A DNA stretch of 64,000 nt from an uncultured Clostridia bacterium (lineage in GTDB: Bacteria; Bacillota; Clostridia; Oscillospirales; CAG-272), in assembly GCA_944381115.1 (NCBI GenBank), contig CALWJV010000015.1, forward strand, positions 139,894 to 203,893. The letters run 5' to 3'. A model generated the notes under the pieces. The model did not search any database. It saw only the letters and a list, made by a program, of their open reading frames with translations, and had not been told where the DNA came from. A program made the position numbers and the translations under genes. This document shows, in pieces, positions 46,959-55,355 of this stretch (positions within the stretch are counted from its first letter, which is position 1; every line of letters starts with the position of its first letter).

Positions 46959-46996
46959 AAAACAGGCATGATTTCGGTCATGCCTGTTTCACTTTT
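46959..46996. terminator. rho-independent terminator (currently serving rpmE)
   Basis: Stem AAAACAGGCATGA/TCATGCCTGTTT followed by CACTTTT. Confidence 0.6.
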
Positions 46997-47001
46997 ATCA
47001 G

Positions 47002-47230
47002 TTAATCCACGGGGATGTAGCCAACAAGGTCATATTCAATATGTACCTTCTGTTTGCGCTTGCCGCTGGACACCACTTGTCGGTGCCTCTACATAAACCG
47101 CCTTTACAAGCTCTCTGAGGGCGTATGGCGTGAGTTTTGAGAGGTCGGTGTATCTTTGCGTGCCCTTTGAATAAATTGTTCAAGGTACATTTTCATTTTT
47201 CCGTCGTGGCTGAGAAAAACATTTTTCATA
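47002..47230 (-). pseudogene. relic of the C-terminus of a large serine recombinase (DUF4368-type tail), frameshifted
   Basis: Three reading frames together read ...LEQFIQRARK / YTDLSKLTPYALRELVKAVYVEAP / SSGKRKQKVHIEYDLVGYIPVD*. This matches the conserved tail of clostridial TndX/TnpX-like recombinases from memory. The roughly 450 N-terminal codons are absent. Confidence 0.5.
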
Positions 47231-47245
47231 TAGCAATCGTCTCCT

Positions 47246-47677
47246 TTACCATTCTCCGATACTGAATTCGTCTTCGGTGAATTTGCTCATCACTCCTTCA
47301 AAGAAGGATATATCTATATCGGAGTAAATAGTAATATACATCTCCGTGCCATAATGGGTGCTGCAAATATCGCAAAGATCATTTTTGACATTGATGGTAA
47401 AATACTTTGTCATTTTGTTATAAAGTTCTTTGTATTTGGGATTTTCGTCCATCAGTTCTGCAACAAGCTCGTCTGTAACGATGGCTGATATAGAAACCTC
47501 GTTGCCTGTGTATCGGTGGCTTTTTTCGTAATGCTTGGCGTGAGAAATATCTTCAATTTCTTCTTTCCAACAGCGTATTTCAACTCTGTCTCCGACTTTG
47601 ACAAAATGAGCAATAATTGCTTTCCACCATTCCGAAGAAACGTGAGAGTCTATCATTTGAATTGAATAGTTTTTCAT
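47246..47677 (-). CDS. hypothetical protein (143 aa)
   Basis: GAGGAAATATA SD before the ATG at 47677. The protein is soluble and acidic. No motif recognised. Confidence 0.45.
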   Translation of the reverse strand: MKNYSIQMIDSHVSSEWWKAIIAHFVKVGDRVEIRCWKEEIEDISHAKHYEKSHRYTGNEVSISAIVTDELVAELMDENPKYKELYNKMTKYFTINVKNDLCDICSTHYGTEMYITIYSDIDISFFEGVMSKFTEDEFSIGEW

Positions 47678-47850
47678 TATATTTCCTCGTTTGCTTGAAA
47701 TATTTGAATAAAGCAGGTTTATTTTGATATATAAGAATAAACCAAATTCCAATTTGGAGAACACTATCAATGTGTGTCCACACATATTATATGCGGTTTT
47801 TGCATTATTTTCAAGATGGTATGCTGGGATTTATCGCATTAAAGTGTAAC

Positions 47851-47888
47851 ATTTTTGAAAACACGCCCCAAGATTGCCTTGGAGCGTG
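47851..47888 (-). terminator. rho-independent terminator (minus strand)
   Basis: Minus-strand stem CACGCTCCAAG/CTTGGGGCGTG (one G-U pair) followed by TTTTCAAAAAT. Confidence 0.5.
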
Positions 47889-47925
47889 CGAAAATCAATC
47901 GAGTGGATTGTTTCTGTTACTGCCT

Positions 47926-48116
47926 TTAGATAGCGTTAAGTATCAAAGCGGCGTATGCAATCGGGTCATTGTAGATAAGATAGTCAAATGATACATATTG
48001 TCTGCGACCTCGTTTTTGACGGCAATGGTATCAATGGCAACCATGCTGCCATACGAGAACTTAAGCTCCACACGGACGGTATCCATGTTAAACTCACAAG
48101 ATAAAAGACGCTTCAT
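47926..48116 (-). pseudogene. small ORF, probably frameshifted (element-borne)
   Basis: A 57-codon ORF, MKRLLSCEFNMDTVRVELKFSYGSMVAIDTIAVKNEVADNMY..., ends prematurely. A more protein-like continuation, DYLIYNDPIAYAALILNAI*, lies in the adjacent frame. Confidence 0.3.
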
Positions 48117-48271
48117 AGTAAAACCTCTGTAATTTCAATGTTTTGGTAGTAAAAAAGAACGATGCCGGTCTTTTGACTCGACATCGTTCTTTTCGTTGTT
48201 GTTTCCAACCCTGTCAGATATATGCCGTAAAATAGTAACTTTTTAGAATTACTGTCTTACGAACACCCGTC

Positions 48272-48286
48272 TAAGACAGCGTTTTT
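48272..48286 (+). repeat. right arm of the 15-nt inverted repeat, also forming a local hairpin with 48252-48259
   Basis: TAAGACAGCGTTTTT. It pairs locally with CTGTCTTA (8 bp). It also pairs perfectly over 15 nt with 46905-46919. Confidence 0.7.
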
Positions 48287-48290
48287 CTTG

Positions 48291-51059
48291 TTATTGTTTA
48301 ACTATATTAAAATTTTTTACCGAAGAGTATTTTTTTTCTATAGAAACAATTTTTTGCGTATTACATCCGATTTTCATTAAAAGTTCCAGAATCCTTCCAG
48401 CCGGAATTACAGTAAATGCAAGCAAAATTACCGTTACAAGTTGTTTTAATGTGAGCGGAGAACAGCGGAACATTTCGCCGCCGTAATATATAAAAGCCAT
48501 TTGAACGGAAAAAACAATGGAAATTATAATTATGAAAACAGGGTTTTCAGGTAGTCCTGAAAATAAATTTAGGCGAGACGCACGCGCATTGAATGCACCG
48601 AAAATACCACAGAAAACAAACAGTGCAAAGAACCCGGAAAGAAAAACTGTTTCGTTTTGGGCACTGCTGAAAAGTTCTTTTATATATTGGCTTTGATGGT
48701 AGAAAAGACAGAGCAGTACCGTGAATGTACCCATTACAAAAATTTTTGTTATCATGTCAGAATTTAATACCGGTTCATTTTTGGGAATAGGTCTTTCTTT
48801 CATAAAGAACGTTCTCGGTGCTTCGCCTGCAAATGCAAGAGCCGCCAAAGTATCCATTATTATGTTTATCCATAGCATTTGCATAACCGTTACGGGGTTT
48901 TCGCAGTTTATAAAAGGACCAATAATGCTTATACCGACTGCCGACAGGTTCATGGTGAGTTGAAAAACTATGAACTTACGAATAGAACGGAATATTGTTC
49001 TTCCGTAAAGGACAGCCTTGACAATAGACGCAATATTATTGTCAGTTATAATGATGTCTGACGCTTCTTTTGCCACCTCGGTACCGCTACCCATAGCGAA
49101 ACCTACATCAGACTGTTTTAAAGCAGGCGCATCGTTTATCCCGTCACCTGTCATTCCTGTTATGAGACCAAGACTCTTTGCAATTCTGACAAGTCTGCTT
49201 TTGTCTGTAGGGAGCGCTCTTGCGACAACTTTGAGTCTTGGAAGGATACTGCTGATTTCTTCATCGGACATTTTATTAAGTTCAGAACTTTCTAATATAA
49301 GGTCTTTTTCTGGCGAAATAAAAATTCCGGCTTCTTTGGCAATGGAAGTTGCAGTTGATACGCTGTCACCGGTTATCATTACCACCTGAATACCCGCATT
49401 TGAAAGTGTTTTAATGGAATTTGGGGCTTCGCGACGCAGTTCATCCTTGATGGCAACGAAACATATGAAATTTGTATTTAAAAAAAGAGGATCAACATTA
49501 GGGTAATTGTCTGTTTTTGCCGACTTTGAAACAGCTTCAACGGTTTCGGGAGCGCATTCAGAGGTAACGACCGCTATAACTCTTGTTCCTTTGGCAGTTA
49601 TTCTGTCGAGTTCCGATTTTAAGTATGCAGCATTAAGTTTTTTAACGCTTCCGTCAGGCGCATAAAATCCGGTGCATTTTTTTAAAAGTATTTCAGGAGC
49701 ACCTTTTATGAAAGTAAGTTGTTTTGGAAATTGTGTTGCGGTATCCGGCACTCCCGAAAAGTTTACAGAAGCGGCGGATATTTTTATTTTACTGTCGAAT
49801 GGAAGTTTACAGATCAAGGACGGACCTTTTGGATATTCTCCGGAGGAGAAATATCCCTCCAGCACTGCGCGGTCAGTGGCATTTCCGCCGATTAAACGGC
49901 GTTTTTCCGGAAAAAGCGGATTTTCTATAATACAGTCAGACGTCAGTACCGCGGCAGTGCCGAATAAAAAGCGAATGCTTTTAGAAAGGTCCGAGCAGCG
50001 GCCGGATTTAGTAGAATCCCCGGTTATATATCCCGCCGCCGAGGGTTTACCGTATGTAAGAGTGCCGGTTTTATCAGTAAACAGAATGTTGATACCGCCG
50101 GCGGTTTCAATACCGACCGGTTTCCGGACCTGAATGTGTTCCTTTTGCATGCGGATCATGTTAGAAGAGAGAACAACTGTTATCATCATAGGCAATCCTT
50201 CCGGGACAGCAACAACAACGACTGAAACAGCAAGAGTAACAGCACGAACAACTTCTGTAAGAATATTTGTAAAAGTAAAAGAGAACGGATCTCCAAGGAA
50301 AAAAGCGTTGATAAGGTAAGCAGCGGCAACGCATATTGCGCAGAAGTAACCAAATTTACTGAGAGTTTTTGCCAAGCCGGAAAGTTTTTCTTTAAGAGGA
50401 CTTTTACCGCTGTCACATTGAACTTCCTGAGCCATGTTTCCGTAATAAGTTTTGTCACCAACGGAACTAACAGTCATAATAGCCTCTCCGGCGGTAACAG
50501 TACTGCCTCTGAAAAGAGAAGAAGGATCTGAAAGATTTCCGGTATTCGAGTTATTAAAAACTTTTTTTTCAAGTTCTTTGCTTTCGCCGCTTAAAGCAGA
50601 TTGATCACAGAGAATATTACCATCCACAATAAATCCATCTGCAGGGACTTTTACACCTGGGAAAAGACATACTGTATCACCCACGACCACGTCTTCAATA
50701 GATAAAATTTCGTGTCGTCCGTTACGTATTACTGTACATTTCTGAATTTTGGCTTCATCCTGCATTTTTCTGAAAGCCTTTTCGCTTCCGTGTTCGCTGA
50801 GTGTGGAAACAAAAGTGGAAATTAGTATGGCGGCGGCAATACCTACGGATTCAAAAATTCCTCCTTCACCGCCCGGAAGCAGTATTGTTATTAAAAGCGC
50901 GATTAAAAGAATTTTAATTATAGGATCTCCAAAGTTATTTAAAAGTTTTTTTGAAAAAGATGTTCCTTTTGCAACTGTCAGTTTGTTATGACCGGATTTT
51001 TCTCTTGAAAGTCTTGCCTCTTCTTCTGTAAGGCCCTTAAAATTTTTTTGCATTCGCAT
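48291..51059 (-). CDS. P-type (P2, Ca2+-type) cation-transporting ATPase, second paralogue
   Basis: LFTDKTGTLTYGK, SGES, MITGDSVSTA and MTGDGINDAPALK motifs. Size 922 aa. Confidence 0.9.
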   Translation of the reverse strand: MRMQKNFKGLTEEEARLSREKSGHNKLTVAKGTSFSKKLLNNFGDPIIKILLIALLITILLPGGEGGIFESVGIAAAILISTFVSTLSEHGSEKAFRKMQDEAKIQKCTVIRNGRHEILSIEDVVVGDTVCLFPGVKVPADGFIVDGNILCDQSALSGESKELEKKVFNNSNTGNLSDPSSLFRGSTVTAGEAIMTVSSVGDKTYYGNMAQEVQCDSGKSPLKEKLSGLAKTLSKFGYFCAICVAAAYLINAFFLGDPFSFTFTNILTEVVRAVTLAVSVVVVAVPEGLPMMITVVLSSNMIRMQKEHIQVRKPVGIETAGGINILFTDKTGTLTYGKPSAAGYITGDSTKSGRCSDLSKSIRFLFGTAAVLTSDCIIENPLFPEKRRLIGGNATDRAVLEGYFSSGEYPKGPSLICKLPFDSKIKISAASVNFSGVPDTATQFPKQLTFIKGAPEILLKKCTGFYAPDGSVKKLNAAYLKSELDRITAKGTRVIAVVTSECAPETVEAVSKSAKTDNYPNVDPLFLNTNFICFVAIKDELRREAPNSIKTLSNAGIQVVMITGDSVSTATSIAKEAGIFISPEKDLILESSELNKMSDEEISSILPRLKVVARALPTDKSRLVRIAKSLGLITGMTGDGINDAPALKQSDVGFAMGSGTEVAKEASDIIITDNNIASIVKAVLYGRTIFRSIRKFIVFQLTMNLSAVGISIIGPFINCENPVTVMQMLWINIIMDTLAALAFAGEAPRTFFMKERPIPKNEPVLNSDMITKIFVMGTFTVLLCLFYHQSQYIKELFSSAQNETVFLSGFFALFVFCGIFGAFNARASRLNLFSGLPENPVFIIIISIVFSVQMAFIYYGGEMFRCSPLTLKQLVTVILLAFTVIPAGRILELLMKIGCNTQKIVSIEKKYSSVKNFNIVKQ

Positions 51060-51278
51060 ATTCCTTTCGTTTTTGTATAATAAATTTTATGCTTTACATT
51101 TTTAGAGAAAAGTATATTTCAAAATATTCAAAAAAAACCATATTATGTAAAAAAAATAAAAAATTAATAAACTTTTTAAAAAAATATAATAATAATATTG
51201 CTTTTTAAAAAAAAAGTGATATAATTAATGTAATGTACGTTTTTGTACTCAAATTAAATAATGAGGAAGTGAATTTTC

Positions 51279-51992
51279 ATGTATTTAGCGGATGTTCATT
51301 CTCATATTCTTTACGGAGTTGACGACGGAGCTGAAAAAGAATCCGTAATGTTTAAAATGCTAGACGAAGCATATTTATGCGGTGTGAGAGTACTATGCGC
51401 AACGCCGCATTATAATCCTGAATTTTTTAAAAATGACCCAGAGATAGAAAACAGAATTTATGAAATTTTAAAAGGGTATGCTAAAAAAAAGTATCCCGAT
51501 CTTGAACTACACAAAGGTAACGAAGTTTTTGTTTTTACTGGGATTCCGAGTTTCATTAGTGAAAAAAACGGAGGAATTATATCTGACAGTAATGGAGTTT
51601 TAATTGAGTTTTCTGAAGATATAACGTACAGAGATGCAGCGGAAACTATTTGCGGAGTTATGTCCCTTGGGTATAAAGTAATTTTGGCACATGTAGAGAG
51701 ATATAAGAATATAAGTAAAGATAAAATAAACGACATGAAGCGAAATGGAGCGATAATAACGGTCAATGCAGAAAGCGTAATTGGAAAAAACGGATGGAAA
51801 ATCAAACGTTTTGTGAGAAAACTTATAAAACAAAGTCTTGTTGATATTGTATCATCAGATGCACATATTCCCGGTGCGTATGAAAATTTATTGAGATCAT
51901 ACAGATATATTCAAAAAAAATGCGGAGACACAGTTGCTGAGCAATTATTTTGGACAAATGCAAACAGTATATTAAAAAAGGAGACTGGATAA
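51279..51992 (+). CDS. CpsB/YwqE-type PHP-family protein-tyrosine phosphatase
   Basis: DVHSHILYGVDDGA, ATPHYN, LAHVERY and SSDAH metal-binding boxes. Confidence 0.8.
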   Translation: MYLADVHSHILYGVDDGAEKESVMFKMLDEAYLCGVRVLCATPHYNPEFFKNDPEIENRIYEILKGYAKKKYPDLELHKGNEVFVFTGIPSFISEKNGGIISDSNGVLIEFSEDITYRDAAETICGVMSLGYKVILAHVERYKNISKDKINDMKRNGAIITVNAESVIGKNGWKIKRFVRKLIKQSLVDIVSSDAHIPGAYENLLRSYRYIQKKCGDTVAEQLFWTNANSILKKETG

Positions 51993-52745
51993 ATGAACAA
52001 TGCAGATTTAAAAAACGAAGAAAAAGAAGTAGAAATAAATATTCCGGAAATAATGATGGCAATATTGAAAAAAATATGGATAGTCATTTTTGTAGGTATT
52101 TTGTTGGGAGCAGGTACGTTTCTGTATTTTACAAAAACATATGTTCCGGTATATGAAACCCAAGTAGGAATATATATGGTAGGACACAACTCTGAAAACA
52201 CATCAAACGGAACAGCGGTACAGGTGGCAACAAATGTTGCAAAGGACTATGAGCAACTTATAACAGATTCTGTCGTTCTTGATAAAGTTATTACAGATCT
52301 TAAGGAAAATTACGGAATAACAATAAACGCAAAAGAACTTAAAAAAAATATTTCCGTAAAATCACCGGAAAACACACGGGTAATATGGATAACAGTTACC
52401 GGGAGCAGTTCTGAAGGAGTCAAAAATATAGCCAATACTGTTCGTGATAATGCAAGAGAAGAACTTGAAAGAATTACAACGATTCCATCGAGTAATATTT
52501 CAGATGCAAAAGACGGACAGTTAGTAGATTCAAATATTGTCAGAAATACAGTAATAATTGCATTTATAGGAGTGCTGGTTACTGCTTTTGTTATTGCAAT
52601 GATATATATATTTCAAGATAAAATATCCACAAGAAAAGATATCGAAGAACGTCTTGGTCTTACAGTTCTTGGTGTGATTCCGAATTACACCAAACACAAA
52701 AAAGATTTTGGTTATGGCGAATATGTCATGTACGGAAAAAAATAA
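51993..52745 (+). CDS. Wzz/CpsC/YwqC-type tyrosine-kinase modulator (chain-length determinant family)
   Basis: N-terminal TM (IWIVIFVGILLGAGTFLYF), a periplasmic-type middle region and a C-terminal TM. The start abuts the cpsB-like stop. Confidence 0.75.
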   Translation: MNNADLKNEEKEVEINIPEIMMAILKKIWIVIFVGILLGAGTFLYFTKTYVPVYETQVGIYMVGHNSENTSNGTAVQVATNVAKDYEQLITDSVVLDKVITDLKENYGITINAKELKKNISVKSPENTRVIWITVTGSSSEGVKNIANTVRDNAREELERITTIPSSNISDAKDGQLVDSNIVRNTVIIAFIGVLVTAFVIAMIYIFQDKISTRKDIEERLGLTVLGVIPNYTKHKKDFGYGEYVMYGKK

Positions 52746-52756
52746 AAAGATCTTAA

Positions 52757-53539
52757 ATGGAGATTATTATGAATAGAATGGAAATCATTTCCGTAGCAGC
52801 GGAATCATATAGAACAAGCGAAGCATTTAAATCGCTAAGAACAAATATACAGTTCAGCGGAACAGATATAAAATGTATACTGGTAACAAGTTGTATGCAA
52901 GACGAGGGAAAAAGTTTTATTTCGATTGAACTTGCGAAGTCTTTATCTGAAATAGGAAAAAAAGTAATAGTGGTAGATGCAGATATGAGAAATTCGGAAA
53001 CAATAAAAAGATATAAAATAGAATCTCAAAATCCGGTAGGTCTCAGCCAGTATCTTACGAATCAGGCAAGTTTTGAAAATGTATTATTTAAGACTCAGTA
53101 TGAAAATTTGCATATAGTTCTTTCGGGAATATTTCCTCCGAATCCTGTTGAACTTCTCTGCACAGAAAAGTTCAAGGAATTTTTGGTAAAATGTAGACAA
53201 GAATATGATTATGTTATAGTTGATACTCCACCGCTTGGTGTAGTTATTGATGCTGCAGTTATTGCTCAAAACTGCGATGGAGCAGTTTTGGTTATTGCGG
53301 CAGAAAAGATAAAATACAGACTTGCCTTGTCCGTAAAAAAACAGCTTGCAAAATCAAACTGCAAAATTATCGGTGCAATAATGAATTATACCGATTCAAA
53401 AGGATTTATAAAGAAAAAATATGAATACGGGTATTATCGACATCATTCCGGTGATGGACGGGGTTCAGTATTTTCAATTTTTAGACGAAAGAAACCCGAA
53501 AATACAGATAACATAAAAACCGAAGAAGACAAAGTATAA
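52757..53539 (+). CDS. CpsD/YwqD-type bacterial tyrosine (BY) kinase
   Basis: Walker A VTSCMQDEGKS, Walker A' VVDADMR, Walker B VIVDTPPLG, and a C-terminal Tyr cluster YEYGYY. The likely true start is ATG 52769, after a GGAG SD. Confidence 0.85.
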   Translation: MEIIMNRMEIISVAAESYRTSEAFKSLRTNIQFSGTDIKCILVTSCMQDEGKSFISIELAKSLSEIGKKVIVVDADMRNSETIKRYKIESQNPVGLSQYLTNQASFENVLFKTQYENLHIVLSGIFPPNPVELLCTEKFKEFLVKCRQEYDYVIVDTPPLGVVIDAAVIAQNCDGAVLVIAAEKIKYRLALSVKKQLAKSNCKIIGAIMNYTDSKGFIKKKYEYGYYRHHSGDGRGSVFSIFRRKKPENTDNIKTEEDKV

Positions 53540-53580
53540 TGCCTGTATAATCTTAAAATAGGTTTTAAAGCATTTAGAGC

Positions 53581-53637
53581 AACGCTTGAAAAAATTGTGT
53601 TTATTTGAAAAGTAAGCAAATTTTTCAGGCGTTTTTA
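53581..53637 (+). terminator. possible long-loop terminator
   Basis: Stem AACGCTTGAAAAA/TTTTTCAGGCGTT (one G-U pair, 27-nt loop) followed by TTTATAATTTT. Confidence 0.35.
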
Positions 53638-53795
53638 TAATTTTGAAAAATATTTCATTAACGTCCGGTAAAACATTTTAAAAATAAAAAAACGGAATTA
53701 AAAAATTAACATTAATATATTGAATTTTAAGGTAGAAAATGATACAATAAAATAGGTAAAATATTATATAGATTATAATGATATAAAGGTAAAAA

Positions 53796-55232
53796 ATGAT
53801 AAATGAAGTATCACTTTCAAAAGAAGAAATAAAGAGGCAGTTTGATTATATGTCTGATATTTCAAAAATAATCGGACATGGGAAAAAAATTTTTGTGCAG
53901 ACATTCGGATGTCAACAAAATGAAGCCGACAGTGAAAAACTTCTCGGTATGGCGGAAAAAATGGGATATGAAAAGACAAATGATCCTAATGAGGCTTCGC
54001 TTATACTTATAAATACCTGTGCAGTACGTGAGCATGCTGAACTAAAGGCTCTTTCAATAGCAGGCGGATATAAACACTGTAAGGAAAAAAATCCCGGATT
54101 AATAATAGGTATCTGCGGTTGTATGGTCTCACAGGAGCACAGAAAAAGCGATATAAAAAACAAATATCCTTACATAGATTTTTTGATCGGCACGACGCTT
54201 ATTCACCGGTTTCCAGAAATACTTTATAAAACCATTACGGAAAAAAAGAGAAATTTTGTAATAGACAACAGTGCGGCAATTATCGCGGAAGGACTTCCGG
54301 TGAGCCGTGACCTTTCCTCAGGTTCGGCCTATGTTTCAATTATGTACGGGTGCAACAATTTTTGCACTTACTGTATAGTGCCATATGTAAGAGGAAGGGA
54401 GAGGAGCCGTGATCCGGAAGCCGTACTTGGCGAGATAAAGGAACTTTTGAACAGCGGTGTAAAAGAAATAACGTTGCTCGGTCAAAACGTCAACTCATAC
54501 AGGCCGCTTTCAAAAGCGCAATACGGTTTTAAAGACCTTTTAACAGATATTTGCAAACTTCCAGGTGAGGCAATAATTCATTTTATGACAAGCCACCCGA
54601 AAGATGCAAGTAAAGAACTTATAGATGTTATGGCAAAAAATCCGCCGGAAAAAGGAAAAATCGGTATTTCGAGCCGGTTTCATTTACCGCTCCAATCAGG
54701 AAGCGACAGAGTGCTTAAAGCAATGAACAGACATTATGATACTGCTCACTATAAAGAACTTATATACTATATGAGAGAGAGAATTCCGGATATAACGATA
54801 ACAACTGATATAATAGTAGGATTTCCAGGAGAGAGTGAGAAAGATTTTAATGAAACTCTGGATATGCTGAAAGAAATAAGATACGATAATATATATTCAT
54901 TTATTTATTCAAAGAGAAGCGGAACGCCGGCGGCAGTAATGGAAAACCAAATTCCAGACGAAATCAAAGGAGCCCGTTTTCAGAAAATGGTTGCTCTGCA
55001 AACTGAGATTTCAAAAGAAAAAAATTTTGAATTCGTAGGAAAAACCGTCAGGGCATTAGTGGAAGGTATAAGCAAAACGGATGATAAAAAACTTACAGCA
55101 AGAACTGCAAGCAACAGAGTTATCCATTTTGAAGGAGACAGATCGCTTATCGGAGAATACGTAAATATCCTTATTGAAAATGCAGAGCCACATGTAATGT
55201 ACGGACGGCAGGTTTATGGAAAATATATTTGA
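53796..55232 (+). CDS. miaB: tRNA-2-methylthio-N6-dimethylallyladenosine synthase
   Basis: UPF0004 domain FVQTFGCQQNEADSE, radical SAM box GCNNFCTYCIVPYVRGRERS, and a TRAM domain at the C-terminus. Confidence 0.9.
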   Translation: MINEVSLSKEEIKRQFDYMSDISKIIGHGKKIFVQTFGCQQNEADSEKLLGMAEKMGYEKTNDPNEASLILINTCAVREHAELKALSIAGGYKHCKEKNPGLIIGICGCMVSQEHRKSDIKNKYPYIDFLIGTTLIHRFPEILYKTITEKKRNFVIDNSAAIIAEGLPVSRDLSSGSAYVSIMYGCNNFCTYCIVPYVRGRERSRDPEAVLGEIKELLNSGVKEITLLGQNVNSYRPLSKAQYGFKDLLTDICKLPGEAIIHFMTSHPKDASKELIDVMAKNPPEKGKIGISSRFHLPLQSGSDRVLKAMNRHYDTAHYKELIYYMRERIPDITITTDIIVGFPGESEKDFNETLDMLKEIRYDNIYSFIYSKRSGTPAAVMENQIPDEIKGARFQKMVALQTEISKEKNFEFVGKTVRALVEGISKTDDKKLTARTASNRVIHFEGDRSLIGEYVNILIENAEPHVMYGRQVYGKYI

Positions 55233-55355
55233 TAATATGTTTGGATAAATCTATAATGATTGAATTAAATACGGTTTATCACTATTTGATCAGGCAAAAG
55301 AAGTGCCGATAAAAAAGAAAAAAACATAATTTACCGAAAGGGAAGGTAAAATTTT

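Larger units (their letters stand above)
46920..48251. mobile_element. decayed mobile-element remnant (serine-recombinase 3' relic plus cargo fragments)
   Basis: Bounded by the direct 8-mer CTGTCTTA (46912-46919 and 48252-48259) and by sub-terminal CCGTAAAAYAG copies (46931-46941 and 48225-48235). It contains frameshifted gene relics. GC content is visibly higher in 47000-47240 and 47800-48250. Confidence 0.4.
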
